From: Aquificaceae bacterium
GTDB taxonomy: Bacteria > Aquificota > Aquificia > Aquificales > Aquificaceae
DNA length: 18,424 nt
Assembly: GCA_037924335.1 (NCBI GenBank)
Contig: JAXSMZ010000029.1
Coordinates: 1 to 18,424 of the forward strand
Direction: 5' to 3'
Shown: positions 17,515 to 18,424 of the stretch, piece after piece
Position numbering within the stretch: position 1 is the first letter of the stretch
How the letters are laid out: each line of letters begins with the position of its first letter
Position numbers and translations under genes: made by a program
Notes under the pieces: model-generated
What the model saw: the letters and a program-made list of their open reading frames with translations, nothing else
The model's database searches: none
Told to the model about the DNA's origin: nothing

Positions 17515-18263
17515 AAGACCTCCGCAAACCTCCAAGAAAGTCTCCTAAAGGTTGCGTACCCTATCAAAAATATAAGTATGGCGTAAACTAAACTCGATAG
17601 GAGGTAAGATGGGTCAATAAAACCCCTTAAAAAAAGGTTTCTCCAACTCACTATCAAAATAGCCAATGGGTTAAGGTAGAGCAAAGCTCTATAACTTTCT
17701 GGTATCATACTTTCGCTGTATACAACGGGTGTAAAGTAAAAAAGGAGGGTGAGAATGATGCTTACCAATCTATCCGTATCCCTGAAAAAGAGGTGTATGG
17801 AGGATAAAAAGAGGGCTAAACCGTAAGTTATTAGAAGCTGAATTAAAAGGAGAAGAGGCATAAGGATAAGCATCAATCCGCTAAGTTCTTTTCCATAAAT
17901 GTACATAAAGAGCATTACAACGGGTATGGAAAGCAAGAAGTGAAAAGTATGGTTCATCACAGAGGACAGTGGTATGACCTCTCTTGGAAAGTTGAGCTTT
18001 TTAATAAGGGATGCGTTGTCCAAAAGCACAAGGACAGAAGAACCGACGGTATTCGAAAACCATTGCCAGGGGAAAAGTCCGCTTATCAAGAACAGTGGGT
18101 AATTTTCAATGGGAACTTTCATAAAGACCTTAAAAGTCAAGTAGAAAACAAAGGCAAAAGCTAGAGGATGCAATATAGACCATACATAACCAAGAACGCT
18201 GTTTTTGTACCTTACCTTTATTTCCTTCTGTGTCAGCACGTATACTATATCGAATATGTACAT
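17511..18263 (-). CDS. wzm: polysaccharide export ABC transporter permease
   Basis: KVRYKNSVLGYVWSILHPL, IKKLNFPRE, FRD, YFTPVVY, LNPL, FAEVL; start placed at ATG 18263. Confidence 0.92.
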   Translation of the reverse strand: MYIFDIVYVLTQKEIKVRYKNSVLGYVWSILHPLAFAFVFYLTFKVFMKVPIENYPLFLISGLFPWQWFSNTVGSSVLVLLDNASLIKKLNFPREVIPLSSVMNHTFHFLLSIPVVMLFMYIYGKELSGLMLILMPLLLLIQLLITYGLALFLSSIHLFFRDTDRLVSIILTLLFYFTPVVYSESMIPESYRALLYLNPLAILIVSWRNLFLRGFIDPSYLLSSLVYAILIFLIGYATFRRLSWRFAEVL

Positions 18264-18284
18264 GAGCTTTATTATAAGCTCACA

Positions 18285-18362
18285 GTTCCTCATCCCATAG
18301 AAAAATATTCCACAGGATGAGGTTTCGCAGGCAAGGGGACTATAGACTCCCTTGTGAACCGC
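18285..18362 (-). ncRNA. putative omegaRNA scaffold / right end of an IS200/IS605-type tnpB element
   Basis: Two hairpins (18354-18332 and 18322-18288) overlapping the tnpB 3' end, with G-U pairs on the minus strand; GGTTC near 18356-18360 can pair with terminal GAAC(T); boundaries inferred. Confidence 0.6.
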
Positions 18363-18424
18363 ATAAGAACATTCCTCGCACCTACAATGTCTGCATCTCC
18401 TTCATACCCACACCGTAGGCACTT
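18290..18424 (-). CDS. tnpB: C-terminal 44 aa of RNA-guided endonuclease TnpB (runs off the window edge)
   Basis: Minus-strand frame reads KCLRCGYEGDADIVGARNVLMRF...SMG*, i.e. zinc-finger CxxCG plus RuvC-III ADxxxAxN. Confidence 0.88.
   Translation of the reverse strand, partial: KCLRCGYEGDADIVGARNVLMRFTRESIVPLPAKPHPVEYFSMG

Noticed and set aside
414..18164. Numerous short antisense or alternate-frame ORFs in the track (e.g. 414-776, 3433-3798, 5561-5935, 10215-10604, 16961-17350)
   Set aside because: Shadows of well-supported genes, with no motifs or ribosome-binding sites
18264..18293. wzm start at 18293 (MRNCELIIKL)
   Set aside because: That ATG lies within the tnpB right-end hairpin; ATG 18263 sits 7 nt after a TATAAT

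Overview
Gene-dense bacterial chromosomal segment. Gene content and protein style suggest Aquificaceae (Hydrogenobacter/Thermocrinis-like), which is an inference. Housekeeping genes: metF, uvrB, rsmE, hup, xth, lnt, a PgsA-like transferase, smpB, an APC permease and wzm/wzt. Accessory features not shown by the ORF track: (1) a putative type II restriction-modification pair (uncharacterised nuclease-like ORF plus a beta-class SPPY methyltransferase) bracketed by two directly oriented, internally deleted IS982-family elements, each sitting in a TAT(A/T)ATA site that resembles a -10 box; (2) the 3' end of a tnpB gene with a structured omegaRNA-like right end abutting the wzm promoter; (3) a stand-alone CsgG-family gene flanked by two pseudogene stubs, a frameshifted merA-like N-terminus and an RHAQSEY histidine-phosphatase N-terminus; (4) a CCG-domain Fe-S oxidoreductase apparently co-transcribed with a MoaD/ThiS sulfur carrier whose C-terminal GG is masked by Leu-Leu. 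Several genes appear leaderless. No tRNA, rRNA or CRISPR array was seen.
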